A stretch of DNA of 47,654 nt from Clostridia bacterium (GCA_030527165.1 JAUNBH010000006.1:1-47654), one strand, 5' to 3'; shown: positions 8,008 through 17,050, counted from the first letter of the stretch. The notes: a model not told the origin generated them from the letters alone. Numbers and translations are program-made.

Positions 8008-8550
8008 TCAGCCCGCGCCGAATGTGTTCAGCTTGGGGTATACTCTTATTCTCACGACGCCCCAGAGGTCGTCGTAACTGACGATGTAGCTTGATGCGTC
8101 ACCATCTGCGAGCGTCCGGTTGTCACATATGGCGAACACCTGCCCGGGCTCGAGCGTAACGGGGCCAAAATCACCGGAGGGAAATGCGGAATAAGTGCTC
8201 TCATCGAGCAGTGCGCCGTCTATGTAGACATTGCCGTCGCGCGCCATGACCGTTTCGCCTGCAAAGGCGATTATCCTGCCTATATACACGTTGGAATCCC
8301 GCTCGTAGGCGACCGCTTCTCCGCGCGCGGGAGTGCGGATGAGGTGTGCAAAGCGGCTGATGAGCACCACGTCGCCGTTTAAAAGCGCCGGGTACATGCC
8401 GTTCCCCGCGACGACGACCGGCGTAAAGACGACGAAGACGAGCAGTGCGGACAGTATAAGCCCCACGAGTATGCGCACGCCTATGTCGGCGGCCCTGTAC
8501 CCCGCATAGGACGAGCGGTTTCTCTCGACTCGAGTAAGCGTCTGCTCCAT
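8008..8550 (-). CDS. S26 signal peptidase I paralog lacking the catalytic Ser/Lys dyad (predicted inactive)
   Basis: 180 aa with an N-terminal TM and the S26 fold boxes. Box B reads GNGMYPAL (Gly replaces the nucleophile Ser). Box D reads IGRIIAFAGE (Gly replaces the general-base Lys). Box E is degenerate (CDNRTLADGD). Confidence 0.75.
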   Translation of the reverse strand: MEQTLTRVERNRSSYAGYRAADIGVRILVGLILSALLVFVVFTPVVVAGNGMYPALLNGDVVLISRFAHLIRTPARGEAVAYERDSNVYIGRIIAFAGETVMARDGNVYIDGALLDESTYSAFPSGDFGPVTLEPGQVFAICDNRTLADGDASSYIVSYDDLWGVVRIRVYPKLNTFGAG

Positions 8551-8553
8551 GAG

Positions 8554-9144
8554 CTAAAAACTCCTCGCGTATTTTATTGGCCAGAACGATGCCAAAACCT
8601 TTCCGGTTATGCGGTAATAGGGGATGGGGCCCACGGTATCGGTACGGCTGTCTTTGCTCTCATTGCGATTGTCGCCCATCACGAACACGCAGTTGTCCGG
8701 CACGACCTGTTCAGTCAAATCCGCGTCTATCACGTCGTTCCAGTACTCGCTCTCCTGCAGCGGCTCGCCGTCTATGTAGACGCAGCCCTGGTGTATGGAA
8801 ATCGTCTCGCCGGGCAGCGCCACAACTCGCTTGACGCAGGTTTCGGTGTACCCCGGATAGAAGCATATGATTATATCGCCGCGCTCCGGCTCATCGAACC
8901 AATAAGCCGTCTTGTCTATGAGTATGCGCTCCTCGTGGTAGAGCGTGGGGAACATGGACTCGCCGTCCACCACCGTGGGCTCGAATATGAACAGGCGCAT
9001 TGCCAGCGCGAGCACGATGGCGAGCAGCATGACCGCATAGAAGCCGCCCGAAGCCGCGGCGCGGTAATTGCCGTCGCTCTCATGCGACTTGGTGGCGGAA
9101 CGGCGCATCTCTCTTAGGCTCTTTTTGTCGGGTATCTTCGTCAT
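8554..9144 (-). CDS. lepB: Signal peptidase I (S26 family)
   Basis: 196 aa with intact boxes: GESMFPTL (Ser), VKRVVALPGE (Lys) and GDNRNESKDSR. Confidence 0.9.
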   Translation of the reverse strand: MTKIPDKKSLREMRRSATKSHESDGNYRAAASGGFYAVMLLAIVLALAMRLFIFEPTVVDGESMFPTLYHEERILIDKTAYWFDEPERGDIIICFYPGYTETCVKRVVALPGETISIHQGCVYIDGEPLQESEYWNDVIDADLTEQVVPDNCVFVMGDNRNESKDSRTDTVGPIPYYRITGKVLASFWPIKYARSF

Positions 9145-9341
9145 TTCTCCTGTCCGGCCTTGCCGATTATTTTCTTGCCTGCGCGCATGAAGTCCAGTCG
9201 GTCAAGCATGACGACCCTTCCGCAGTGCAGGCACTTGATCTTTATATCCGCCCCGGTGCGGACTATCTCCCAGGCGTTGGTGCCGCAGGCGTGTGGCTTC
9301 CGCATGAGGACGATATCCCCGAGCTCGAATGCGGCGAGCAC
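9141..9341 (-). CDS. DUF951 family protein
   Basis: 66 aa. The sequence GDIVLMRKPHACGTNAWEIVRTGADIKIKCLHCGR matches the conserved DUF951 core. Confidence 0.8.
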   Translation of the reverse strand: MLAAFELGDIVLMRKPHACGTNAWEIVRTGADIKIKCLHCGRVVMLDRLDFMRAGKKIIGKAGQEK

Positions 9342-9346
9342 GGCTG

Positions 9347-10210
9347 TCAGCGCGCGTCGGCGCTGAGCACTACGAGCTTGTTATACGGTATCTCGATGCC
9401 CTCGGCGGCGAAGCGCTCCTTGATGCGCTTGTTCAGCTCATTCTGCACAGCTAAGTGCGTGAGGTTCTTCACTCCTATCGTCATTCTGAGCTTGACGGAC
9501 GAGTCCGACAGCTCCACGACGCCGGCAATCGCGGGGTTAAAGGCGTCTCCGCCGGAGCTCTCCACATACGCTTCACCCTCCTCGAGCATCAGCGCGAGCG
9601 CGCGGTTTACATCGGCTTCATAGGCTATGCCCACGTCGATTATCGCGGTGTAGTCGTTGCGCGAGAAGTTGGTAAGCACGGAGACGTTGCCGTTGGGGAC
9701 TACGTTCATCTCACCGCGCGGCCCGCGGATGGTGAGTGTGCGGAGCGTAATGGCCGTGACGGTGCCGGTGACGGAACCTGCCGTTACGAAATCGCCGACC
9801 TCCACCTGGTCCTCAAACAGCATGAAGATACCGGTGACGACATCCTTCACGAGGCTCTGAGCGCCCACGGTCAGCAGCAGACCGCCAATACCCGCGACGG
9901 CGAGTATGGAAGCCATTGCGTCCTCAAGGCCCAGCGCGCCTATCACCGCGGTAATGGCGACAAACCACACAACACAGCGCACAACGCCCATTATGACGCT
10001 GCCCACGGTGTCGATTTTGCGCGTATCGCCGGCTTTGCTCCCCTTTTGCTGGACGTTGCGGGCTATTCTAAGCGCTATCTGGGCTGCCCATATGACGAGC
10101 AGCGCTATGAGCACTATGCACGCGGCGTCGATGAGGGGAAGCAGCCAGTCCGGAAGCGTGTTTTCCGGCAACAGCGTTGCAGCTATGCTGCTGAGAATCA
10201 AGTTTGACAT
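9347..10210 (-). CDS. Mechanosensitive ion channel family protein (MscS-like)
   Basis: MscS TM3/beta-domain sequence is present (LLTVGAQSLVKDVVTGIFMLFEDQVEVGDFV). I placed the start at MSNLIL (ATG 10210), because the longer ORF to 10372 would overlap lplA by more than 100 nt. Confidence 0.8.
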   Translation of the reverse strand: MSNLILSSIAATLLPENTLPDWLLPLIDAACIVLIALLVIWAAQIALRIARNVQQKGSKAGDTRKIDTVGSVIMGVVRCVVWFVAITAVIGALGLEDAMASILAVAGIGGLLLTVGAQSLVKDVVTGIFMLFEDQVEVGDFVTAGSVTGTVTAITLRTLTIRGPRGEMNVVPNGNVSVLTNFSRNDYTAIIDVGIAYEADVNRALALMLEEGEAYVESSGGDAFNPAIAGVVELSDSSVKLRMTIGVKNLTHLAVQNELNKRIKERFAAEGIEIPYNKLVVLSADAR

Positions 10211-10250
10211 ATCCACATACCTCCCGAAAATATAGCGTATTCTATCACAA

Positions 10251-11219
10251 CTACAAGCTCGCGGCAAACCATTCGGCAATTTGCGACGCCCTTTCGTCAG
10301 AAATATCACGCAGGCTCTGCACATAACCGCGTGCAAACGCCTCCTGACCGAGGAGCGTCTCGCGCAGCGCATCTATGAAATCCGCGTCCATGCAGTCGGA
10401 GCTGACGCCGACACAGCGCGCTTCAGCGCCCTTGGCGGTGAACTGCAGCTCGAGCTCGCCCCAGTCGAACCTGTGGGAGAGCGACACGTCGTAGCTCCGC
10501 GTGCCGCCGTAGCGCCAGGCGTGCGAGCGATGGCGCGCCTCTTTTTCACAGAGGGCCGAAAAGCGGAGTTCGCCGCCCGCAACCCGCTCAGCGCGCCCGT
10601 ACTCCCGCTCGAACTGCGCGCAGAGCTCGCGCCCTACGGAGTTCACGTCTATACTGTCGCGCACGTCCGATATGTTTCGCACGCGGGAGCGCACGCTGTC
10701 CACCCCCTTGGACGACAGTTTTTCCGGCGATGGCGCGAGGTAGCGCGCCAGCCTGTCCATGGATGCGCTGACCAGCAGCGTGCCGTGCTGCATGTCCGCC
10801 GTGCGCCCGTGCAAAAAGGCGCTGCCGGATATCTTCGCGCCGTCGGGCAGTGTAATATCGTTTCTGCCGGTAAACTGCGCTTCGACGCCCAGGCGGGCAA
10901 GCGCCTTCACGACGACGCCCAACTGCCGGGGCAGGTCATAGCTCTCCTTGGAGGCTATAAAAGAGAAGTTCAGGTTGCCGAGGTCGTGGTATACCGCGCC
11001 GCCGCCGGTAGAGCGCCGGGCGAGGTTTCCGCCCTCCTGCGCGAGGAGCTGCGTGCGGCATTCCCGATAGGCGTTTTGGTTCCTGCCTATGACCACCGTG
11101 TGTTCGTTTTGCCACAGGTAGAGCGTGACTTCGCCGGGCGCGCACGCTTCAAACAGGCACTCCTCGAGCGCGAGGTTGTGGTATGGGCAGAAGCCGGCCC
11201 CCAGCACTATGCGTCTCAT
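10251..11219 (-). CDS. lplA: Lipoate--protein ligase
   Basis: 322 aa. LplA motifs include RRSTGGGAVYHDLGN and KISGSA. Confidence 0.88.
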   Translation of the reverse strand: MRRIVLGAGFCPYHNLALEECLFEACAPGEVTLYLWQNEHTVVIGRNQNAYRECRTQLLAQEGGNLARRSTGGGAVYHDLGNLNFSFIASKESYDLPRQLGVVVKALARLGVEAQFTGRNDITLPDGAKISGSAFLHGRTADMQHGTLLVSASMDRLARYLAPSPEKLSSKGVDSVRSRVRNISDVRDSIDVNSVGRELCAQFEREYGRAERVAGGELRFSALCEKEARHRSHAWRYGGTRSYDVSLSHRFDWGELELQFTAKGAEARCVGVSSDCMDADFIDALRETLLGQEAFARGYVQSLRDISDERASQIAEWFAASL

Positions 11220-12163
11220 AGCTCCACTTCGGGATTAAAGGCGTAGTCCGACCCGGGCTCCAGCAGGCGCACGCACGAATCCGCCATGGCGACCGTGTAG
11301 ACCGCGCACTTCTCAAAGTAGGCGGAGCTCATGGTGTCCTTCATGGTGGGCATGCAGCCGTTGTCCCAGTTGGATATGAACAGCTCGCAGCAGTCGCCGC
11401 GCAGGCGGATGAACAATCCGCTGTTGGGGGACATGAACTTGACTATCTCCCGCAGCCGGAGCAGCTTATGGCAGAACGCCTCGTCGAGGAATTCCGCCGC
11501 GGCGTCTATATCCGGCGAGAGCGCTTCAAACACATTTTGGAACTCCTGCGTACCCGCGCCCACAAGCAGCATTTCCGGGCGCTTGTTGCGCACGCGGACG
11601 CCCTCCGTCTCGTATACGCCGCGTGGGCGTATCCAGAGGCTGGGTGCGCTGAGCTTTATTCCCTTCAGCCGCAGCGCCTGCCCTTCCACGGTGGCTATCG
11701 CCTCGCGCGGGAGCTTGCTCTTTTTGTTGACGCGCTGGTCTTTCGCGTAGAGCAGGTGACATGTGCTGACGTGCGTGCCGCGGATGTGGCCGCGCAGCAG
11801 GCACCGCGCCACGTGCCGCCGCAGGGACGGCACGACCGCCATTTCCCTCAGCTCGCGTGCGGACATGCCCTTAGTGGGCAGGTATTCGTAGTTGGAAAAC
11901 ACTTCGTCCAGCTCGGGGTAGAGGTACTCCTCGCAGAAGGCCTCGTAAAAGCGCTTTTCGTACGGGTCAACCAGCACGGCTGCGACGACAATCGACGCGG
12001 CAATGGCGGCACCGCCCGCAGCCACGGCCCAGAGCCCTATGTACTGCGTGAGAAAGAGCCCCACTATGCAGACGAGCGCTCCCAGCGTCGCCACGAGCAG
12101 GGTTGTATTGCCGTATTTCTGACGCTTTGCGGCAGCGTCGGTAAGCCTGCTTCTGTTGTGCAT
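11216..12163 (-). CDS. Membrane protein, DUF3137-like
   Basis: 315 aa with two N-terminal TM helices followed by a soluble domain. The layout and the segment YEYLPTKGMS...LLRGHIRGTHVSTCHLLY resemble DUF3137. This is from memory only. Confidence 0.45.
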   Translation of the reverse strand: MHNRSRLTDAAAKRQKYGNTTLLVATLGALVCIVGLFLTQYIGLWAVAAGGAAIAASIVVAAVLVDPYEKRFYEAFCEEYLYPELDEVFSNYEYLPTKGMSARELREMAVVPSLRRHVARCLLRGHIRGTHVSTCHLLYAKDQRVNKKSKLPREAIATVEGQALRLKGIKLSAPSLWIRPRGVYETEGVRVRNKRPEMLLVGAGTQEFQNVFEALSPDIDAAAEFLDEAFCHKLLRLREIVKFMSPNSGLFIRLRGDCCELFISNWDNGCMPTMKDTMSSAYFEKCAVYTVAMADSCVRLLEPGSDYAFNPEVEL

Positions 12164-12205
12164 TTATTCTCCTTATATGTCGATGCGCTCAGGCGCAAAA
12201 CGCCG

Positions 12206-13468
12206 TCACGCGATATTCATGGCTATTGCGCCGTACACGTTGAACATTATGCCGAGACAGCATATGAGGCGCTCTGCCGGCCGGAGTATCCACACCGAGT
12301 CGGCGTTGAACGCCGTTGGAAGATCCGCGACCATGGACTGCGCTCCCCACACGAGAAAGAATATGCCGAGGGGGATGAGGTCGACCGTATAGCGCGCGCC
12401 GAACTGCCAACCGCCGAAGGTCTTGTGCGCGCAGAGCAAAATCAAAATCAGGAGCATGGCTGCGTTCGCGGCTATGCGGACGGGCTCCATGCGCTTGCGC
12501 ACTATGTCGGCTATGAGGCGCGAAAGGAATATGATGAATATCGGGTTCGCCACGATGAAGCAGAACCCGTCAAAGAGCGGGTAGTCAAGCTGCATGTTTG
12601 GCTCGAACCACACGAATCTCAGCAGTATGTTGTAGAGATTCTGAGGTATGTAGACTATGTTGAACTGACCGTGCTCCGCTTCGAGAAACTCCGGCAGATA
12701 GTTGTGCCCAAACTCGAACACGTTTCCGAATCGCACATAGTTGAACACCATGTACGCCACCCCTACGAGGGCGGGAGCCAGCAGGTATTTCCACTGTGTC
12801 AGCGCGGCGCGCGCTATCTCCCGGAAGGGTTTGCCCTTCAGTCCGTCGCAGTCCATGGACAGGAAAGCGATGAAGAACACGGGGAATACGAGCAGCGAGA
12901 ACGGGCGGCAGCCCACCGCGAAGGCCACCAGCAGGTAGGCGGCAAACCGACGGTTCTTGAGAGCACAGTAGACCGCAGCGCTGCACAGGAGCAGGTTTAG
13001 CAGCTGCGCCTGGAACCATACTCCGCCTATGGTGCTCATCCACATTGCGCCGGAGCCAAATACCGCGAGCGCGGAGAGCAGCGCGGCGTGCATAGGCCGT
13101 ATGGCCGCCAACAGCAACGACCGGTATATGAATATGGCCGCGCCTATCGCGTAGAGCATCACGACTATGTTGTTGGGCGTATTGTAGCCGAATATGTACG
13201 TCAGCGGCAGCATCACGAGCGTGGGGGTGGGCGGGAATGAGACGTAGTAGAGGCCCTCGTAACAGGCGAGCTCCAGGTGGTCATAGTTGCGCCCGAGGTC
13301 GAGACGCCCCTCCCTCCACGCCATGGCTTGAAGCGTATAGCTGTCCCATGCGTTGTGCTGCAGCAGCGTGCCGCCCGACAGGTCATGAATGAGCAGGTAC
13401 CCTAAGAGCACTATTGCCAGCAGCGCTATGAGAGTATATCTCTCTTGCTTTTTATCGGTTGAAGGCAT
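12206..13468 (-). CDS. Polytopic GT-C-type membrane glycosyltransferase-like protein (ArnT/PMT-like)
   Basis: 420 aa with at least 10 TM segments. The first extracytoplasmic loop (HNAWDSYTLQAMAWREGRLDL) is reminiscent of GT39/GT83-like enzymes. Confidence 0.5.
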   Translation of the reverse strand: MPSTDKKQERYTLIALLAIVLLGYLLIHDLSGGTLLQHNAWDSYTLQAMAWREGRLDLGRNYDHLELACYEGLYYVSFPPTPTLVMLPLTYIFGYNTPNNIVVMLYAIGAAIFIYRSLLLAAIRPMHAALLSALAVFGSGAMWMSTIGGVWFQAQLLNLLLCSAAVYCALKNRRFAAYLLVAFAVGCRPFSLLVFPVFFIAFLSMDCDGLKGKPFREIARAALTQWKYLLAPALVGVAYMVFNYVRFGNVFEFGHNYLPEFLEAEHGQFNIVYIPQNLYNILLRFVWFEPNMQLDYPLFDGFCFIVANPIFIIFLSRLIADIVRKRMEPVRIAANAAMLLILILLCAHKTFGGWQFGARYTVDLIPLGIFFLVWGAQSMVADLPTAFNADSVWILRPAERLICCLGIMFNVYGAIAMNIA

Positions 13469-13572
13469 TTCGGTCTCCTGAATGGTTTTATGGTTTATTG
13501 TGGATTATAGCACACATTTAGCGGCTTGCATATGCCGTGAGCTCCGGCGCCGGCGCGCCGGGCGCGAAGGCG

Positions 13573-13596
13573 GCGGGAGGAGCGAACTCCTCCCGC
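13573..13596 (-). terminator. Stable hairpin downstream of pepF (terminator or 3'-end stabiliser, no U-tract)
   Basis: 10-bp stem GCGGGAGGAG/CTCCTCCCGC with a UUCG tetraloop when read on the minus strand. It lies 10 nt after the pepF stop and is embedded in a short GC-rich tract resembling the A/B/C repeats. Confidence 0.4.
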
Positions 13597-13605
13597 TGCG
13601 CGGCG

Positions 13606-15309
13606 TTATTTGATTTTGGTCATGTCGACGGAATCCAGCCACTGAACTGCCTCGCGAGCGACATTGCTCAGCGCCTCCTCGCCGAAGGGCGATTCCAGTC
13701 CGGCTGCCGCAACCAGCTCGGTAAACGTCCGTGTTCCCGCGAGGGAGACGAGCTTGAGGTATCCGCTCCACGCGTCGCGCGCGTCGTGGCGCGCCGCCGC
13801 CCAGAACTGGAGCGCGACCGTCTGTGCGAGGCAGTAGTCGATGTAGTAGAACGGGCGCTGGTATATGTGCGACTGACGCTGCCAGGCCTTGCCCTCGCCG
13901 TAGAAGGGTATTTCGTCGCCCAGCGCGACCCAGGGCATGTACGTCTTCAGCAGCTCCTTCCACACGTCGTGGCGCTCGGCGGGCGTCATTTCCGGCCTCT
14001 CGTACACTATGTGCTGGAAGTGGTCCACCATCGTGCCGTAGGGTATGAATGTCAGCGCGCCTGCGAGGTGGCTGTAATAGAACTTGTCGGTCTGTTCGCC
14101 GAACCAGCCTTCCTGCCACGGCCAGGCGAAGAACTCCATCGCCATGGAGTGTATCTCACAGCTCTCAAGCGACGGGGACTGCAGCTCGTAGGGGAATATG
14201 TCGCGCGCGACGTAAGCGGCGAAGGCGTGGCCCGCCTCGTGCGTCATCACTTCGACGTCGTGCGAGGTGCCGTTGAAGTTGGCGAATATAAACGGGGATT
14301 TGTACTGTACGAGGGTGTCGCAATACCCTCCGCCGGACTTGCCCGTGCGGCTCAGCACGTCAAAGAGCTCGTTCTCAAACATGAAGTCGATGAACTCGGC
14401 GGTCTCGGGCGACAGCTCGTGGTAGAACTTCCTGCCGTGCTCGAGTATGTCGTCGGGAGTGCCTTTGGGCATCGGGTTGCCGCTTCTAAACATCAGCGCC
14501 ATATCGGCGTAATTGAGGGGGAACGGCGCGCCTATGCGCTCGGCCTGCTCCCTGTATAGCCTTGTGGCGACGGGGACTATGTGCTTGATTACCGCCTGGT
14601 GAAAGCGCTCCACGTCCTCGGCGTCATAGCAGTTGCGCTGCATGCGGTAATAGCCGAGCTTGACATAGTTCTCGTAGCCGAGCTTCTTCGCCATGTCATG
14701 GCGTATGCGCGTGAGTTCGTCGTAGAGCTCGTCGAGGCGGCTGCCGTTCTCCACATAAAAGGATGCGTCCGCCTTCCAGGCGCGCAGCCTCAGCGCGTCG
14801 TCCGCGTCCTGCTTAAACGGTGCGAGCTGGCTGAGCGTGCGCAGCTCTCCCTCGAAGGGTATCTGGGCGGAGGCGAGCAGCTTGCTGTACTCCGTGCAGA
14901 GCTTGTTTTCCGCCTGCAGGTTTTCCACTATCTCCGGGCTGAACGACTTCTGCATTATCTCGTAGTTGAGGAATAGCAGGCTGCCGAGGCGCTCCTCCAG
15001 CTGCGCTCTCAAGGGTGACGCCAACAGCGCGCTCATCGCCCCGTGCATGAGCGCTTCAACATTGGGCATGATCTCGTCTATGTAGGCGACCTCCGCCTCG
15101 TAGAACTCATCTCGGGTGTCGATGCTCATGCATATTTGCGCGATAGAGCACGTCGTCATAAACGCCGCTAACGCATCGGCGTAAGCGCGATACGCCGCAA
15201 CTGCATCGTCGACTGTTTCCGCGGCTGCAAACGCCTCCATGAAGCGCGAAGTGGCGGCCTCGATCTCTGAGAGCTGAGGGCGCGAATACGGCATTTCGCT
15301 GAATTTCAT
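13606..15309 (-). CDS. pepF: M3 family oligoendopeptidase (PepF-like)
   Basis: HEAGHAF zinc motif and M3B-like sequence throughout. I chose the start MKFSEMPY (ATG 15309), which has an AGGAGGA SD, over the upstream in-frame ATG at 15372. Confidence 0.88.
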   Translation of the reverse strand: MKFSEMPYSRPQLSEIEAATSRFMEAFAAAETVDDAVAAYRAYADALAAFMTTCSIAQICMSIDTRDEFYEAEVAYIDEIMPNVEALMHGAMSALLASPLRAQLEERLGSLLFLNYEIMQKSFSPEIVENLQAENKLCTEYSKLLASAQIPFEGELRTLSQLAPFKQDADDALRLRAWKADASFYVENGSRLDELYDELTRIRHDMAKKLGYENYVKLGYYRMQRNCYDAEDVERFHQAVIKHIVPVATRLYREQAERIGAPFPLNYADMALMFRSGNPMPKGTPDDILEHGRKFYHELSPETAEFIDFMFENELFDVLSRTGKSGGGYCDTLVQYKSPFIFANFNGTSHDVEVMTHEAGHAFAAYVARDIFPYELQSPSLESCEIHSMAMEFFAWPWQEGWFGEQTDKFYYSHLAGALTFIPYGTMVDHFQHIVYERPEMTPAERHDVWKELLKTYMPWVALGDEIPFYGEGKAWQRQSHIYQRPFYYIDYCLAQTVALQFWAAARHDARDAWSGYLKLVSLAGTRTFTELVAAAGLESPFGEEALSNVAREAVQWLDSVDMTKIK

Positions 15310-15445
15310 TGTGCTGTGTCCTCCTGCAAAACTTGATGACATGATTATACCCCACTGCGCCGTTTTGCACAAGCGCGACGAAGCATAACGCGGCTGCGCG
15401 CCGTTGCCGCGTCTGAAACACCAGAATCTTTTTTTAAAAAAACTA

Positions 15446-15474
15446 TTGACAGTTGGTATGTGCTACTGTATGCT
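15446..15474 (+). promoter_or_regulatory. Strong SigA-type promoter candidate driving the long leader
   Basis: A/T-rich UP-like tract (15429-15443), TTGACA (15446-15451), 17-nt spacer, TATGCT (15469-15474). Confidence 0.55.
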
Positions 15475-15481
15475 TAGTATA

Positions 15482-15782
15482 TGATATTTAGCTGAACCGA
15501 TTCTGGTGGGGACACGCCTTGGCGGTTTTATGGGATGAAAACCAAGTTTTTCGCTGTCGTGAGTGCGGGCGGCGCCGAAACGGATTGCTATCATGTTGAT
15601 AAGCGGATGGTGCGGTTCCGAAGCCGTAGGAGTTTGTTTCGGCATTGTTCTCTCCCGCCCGAGTTACCGGATGCAATGCCGGCGCGATTTACCGGAGGTG
15701 GTTTGACGCGTATGCAACTGTTGTCAAATAGACACCGGTCTTACCGAGGTTATACGACCCGATTTGATTAAGGAGGCTCGAC
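15482..15782 (+). ncRNA. Unclassified structured 5' leader / candidate cis-regulatory RNA
   Basis: About 300 nt with no plausible ORF. Nested helices: CGGGCGG 15566-72 pairs with CCGCCCG 15655-61, and GCCGAAAC 15574-81 with GUUUCGGC 15636-43. There is a hairpin at 15587-15604 and a GGUUUU/AAAACC helix at 15524-43. Repeated motifs are GGUGG-N3-GAC(A)CGC (15505, 15697) and UUACCG(G/A) three times (15664, 15689, 15741). Confidence 0.4.
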
Positions 15783-16994
15783 ATGAAAAAGACACTCATT
15801 CCATTGCTCTTGGTTGCCGTGCTGCTGCTTGCAAGCGCCTGCACGGTTGCGAGAGGAGTTGGCGATTCGGGGCGGATGACCGCTTCGCCACCCGCTCAAG
15901 CAACTGACCCGACATCTACAGCCCATGCCGTTGAGCCGGAGTCCGATGTACCGGACATCGCGGAATGCGTCGACAGGATATATAGGGCAGTAGAGAGCAC
16001 TTCGTTTTACGACGGCAATTCACGGCCGGATGGGCTAAGATTGGATGCCGACACCGCGTTCGAGCTGATTCTGAGCGCGTCAAGAGCCGGTGCAAACGGC
16101 GATTTATCCTATGAGTTCATATTGGGCGAGGAGACCACCGCAGGCTCCCTGACAGGCGTGCATTCGGTGTCGGGGGATATATACGAGCTAAACGGATACA
16201 CATATACCGTGTATCAACACACGAGCCTGCTTACGGGCAATCCCGGCGGAGTGGGCTTTGTAAAGCGTCCCGATGACGCGCGCTGGATAGAGGACGTGAT
16301 TGCGTCGCTTGAAGTGCTGGAAGCCACCGAGGAGGGCTTGGACATAGACGCCGGGTATTTCATCGAGAAGGAACCCGTGGATGCCGCGGATACAAGTGAG
16401 CGCATCCGTTACTTCGTTAATTACGCGGGCGAGGTGTTCTCAATAGAATCCTCGGAGGATTCTGAGGGAGGATTTATCGCCTACAAGACAAATGCGCGCG
16501 TGGAGCTGTCGGATATTGTGAGGATGTATATGGCCAATATGACGACAGACGCGACCTATCATAGCTTTGAAGGAAACGACGTCAACCTGTCGTCGCCGGA
16601 TAGGGATTTTACGCTGTGCGTTATAATGCAGGACGGGACCCATAAGCACTTCGATTGGATGGAGGGCGACGAGTTGCTGCGCACATTGCACGGGAAGCAG
16701 AGCGGATACAGCTCCATTAGATGCGTTGCCCGTATAAATACCGAGCTCGTGGGATTCGACGGTGGAGCGATGTGCATCACGTCGACCTATCTGGATGACG
16801 ATGGCGACGAAGTGACGTACACGCTATACCTTAACGAAGAGGGCACGCTGTACCGTTATTTGCCTAACGGGTTTGTACAGATGAGGAACGCCGGCATCAA
16901 CGGCACGTATTTTTGGAGATATGATTGCTTCTGCACATACATCAGCGATTCGCAGCTGAACTATGACGCCTTCGTCGCAGCTATCTTGGAGTGA
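15783..16994 (+). CDS. Lipoprotein of unknown function
   Basis: 403 aa with an AAGGAGG SD 6 nt upstream and a lipobox LLASAC. I recognise no family. Codon usage is visibly more A/T-ending than in the neighbouring genes. Confidence 0.75.
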   Translation: MKKTLIPLLLVAVLLLASACTVARGVGDSGRMTASPPAQATDPTSTAHAVEPESDVPDIAECVDRIYRAVESTSFYDGNSRPDGLRLDADTAFELILSASRAGANGDLSYEFILGEETTAGSLTGVHSVSGDIYELNGYTYTVYQHTSLLTGNPGGVGFVKRPDDARWIEDVIASLEVLEATEEGLDIDAGYFIEKEPVDAADTSERIRYFVNYAGEVFSIESSEDSEGGFIAYKTNARVELSDIVRMYMANMTTDATYHSFEGNDVNLSSPDRDFTLCVIMQDGTHKHFDWMEGDELLRTLHGKQSGYSSIRCVARINTELVGFDGGAMCITSTYLDDDGDEVTYTLYLNEEGTLYRYLPNGFVQMRNAGINGTYFWRYDCFCTYISDSQLNYDAFVAAILE

Positions 16995-17050
16995 GCGCGG
17001 GCGGCGGGGGGTGCGAACGCAGCTGCCGGGCAGGCAAGAGCACTGTTAAA

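Noticed and set aside
10203-10212. A DnaA-box-like ATATCCACA.
   Set aside because: It is a single 8/9 match overlapping the mscS start codon. There is no cluster of boxes and no AT-rich unwinding element.
10211-10372. A 5' extension of the MscS ORF (the ORF track starts at 10372).
   Set aside because: It would overlap the 3' end of lplA by more than 120 nt and encodes an Arg/Cys-rich non-membrane peptide. The ATG at 10210 begins the hydrophobic N-terminus. Similar upstream extensions were trimmed for pepF (15372), ispE (22651), the MBL hydrolase (24972), rlmH (26391), alr (35258) and chrA (46007).
15482-15782. Assigning the leader to a known class: c-di-AMP ydaO-type (GGUGGGGACAC, CCCGCCCGAGUUACCGG) or T-box (GGUGGUUUGACGCG versus GGGUGGUACCGCG).
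   Set aside because: Only short partial matches are present. The conserved ACAGCUAACC...CGUAAGCG segment of ydaO is absent. The Stem I / specifier features and terminator of T-boxes are also absent, and the downstream gene is not a typical target. I left it unclassified.
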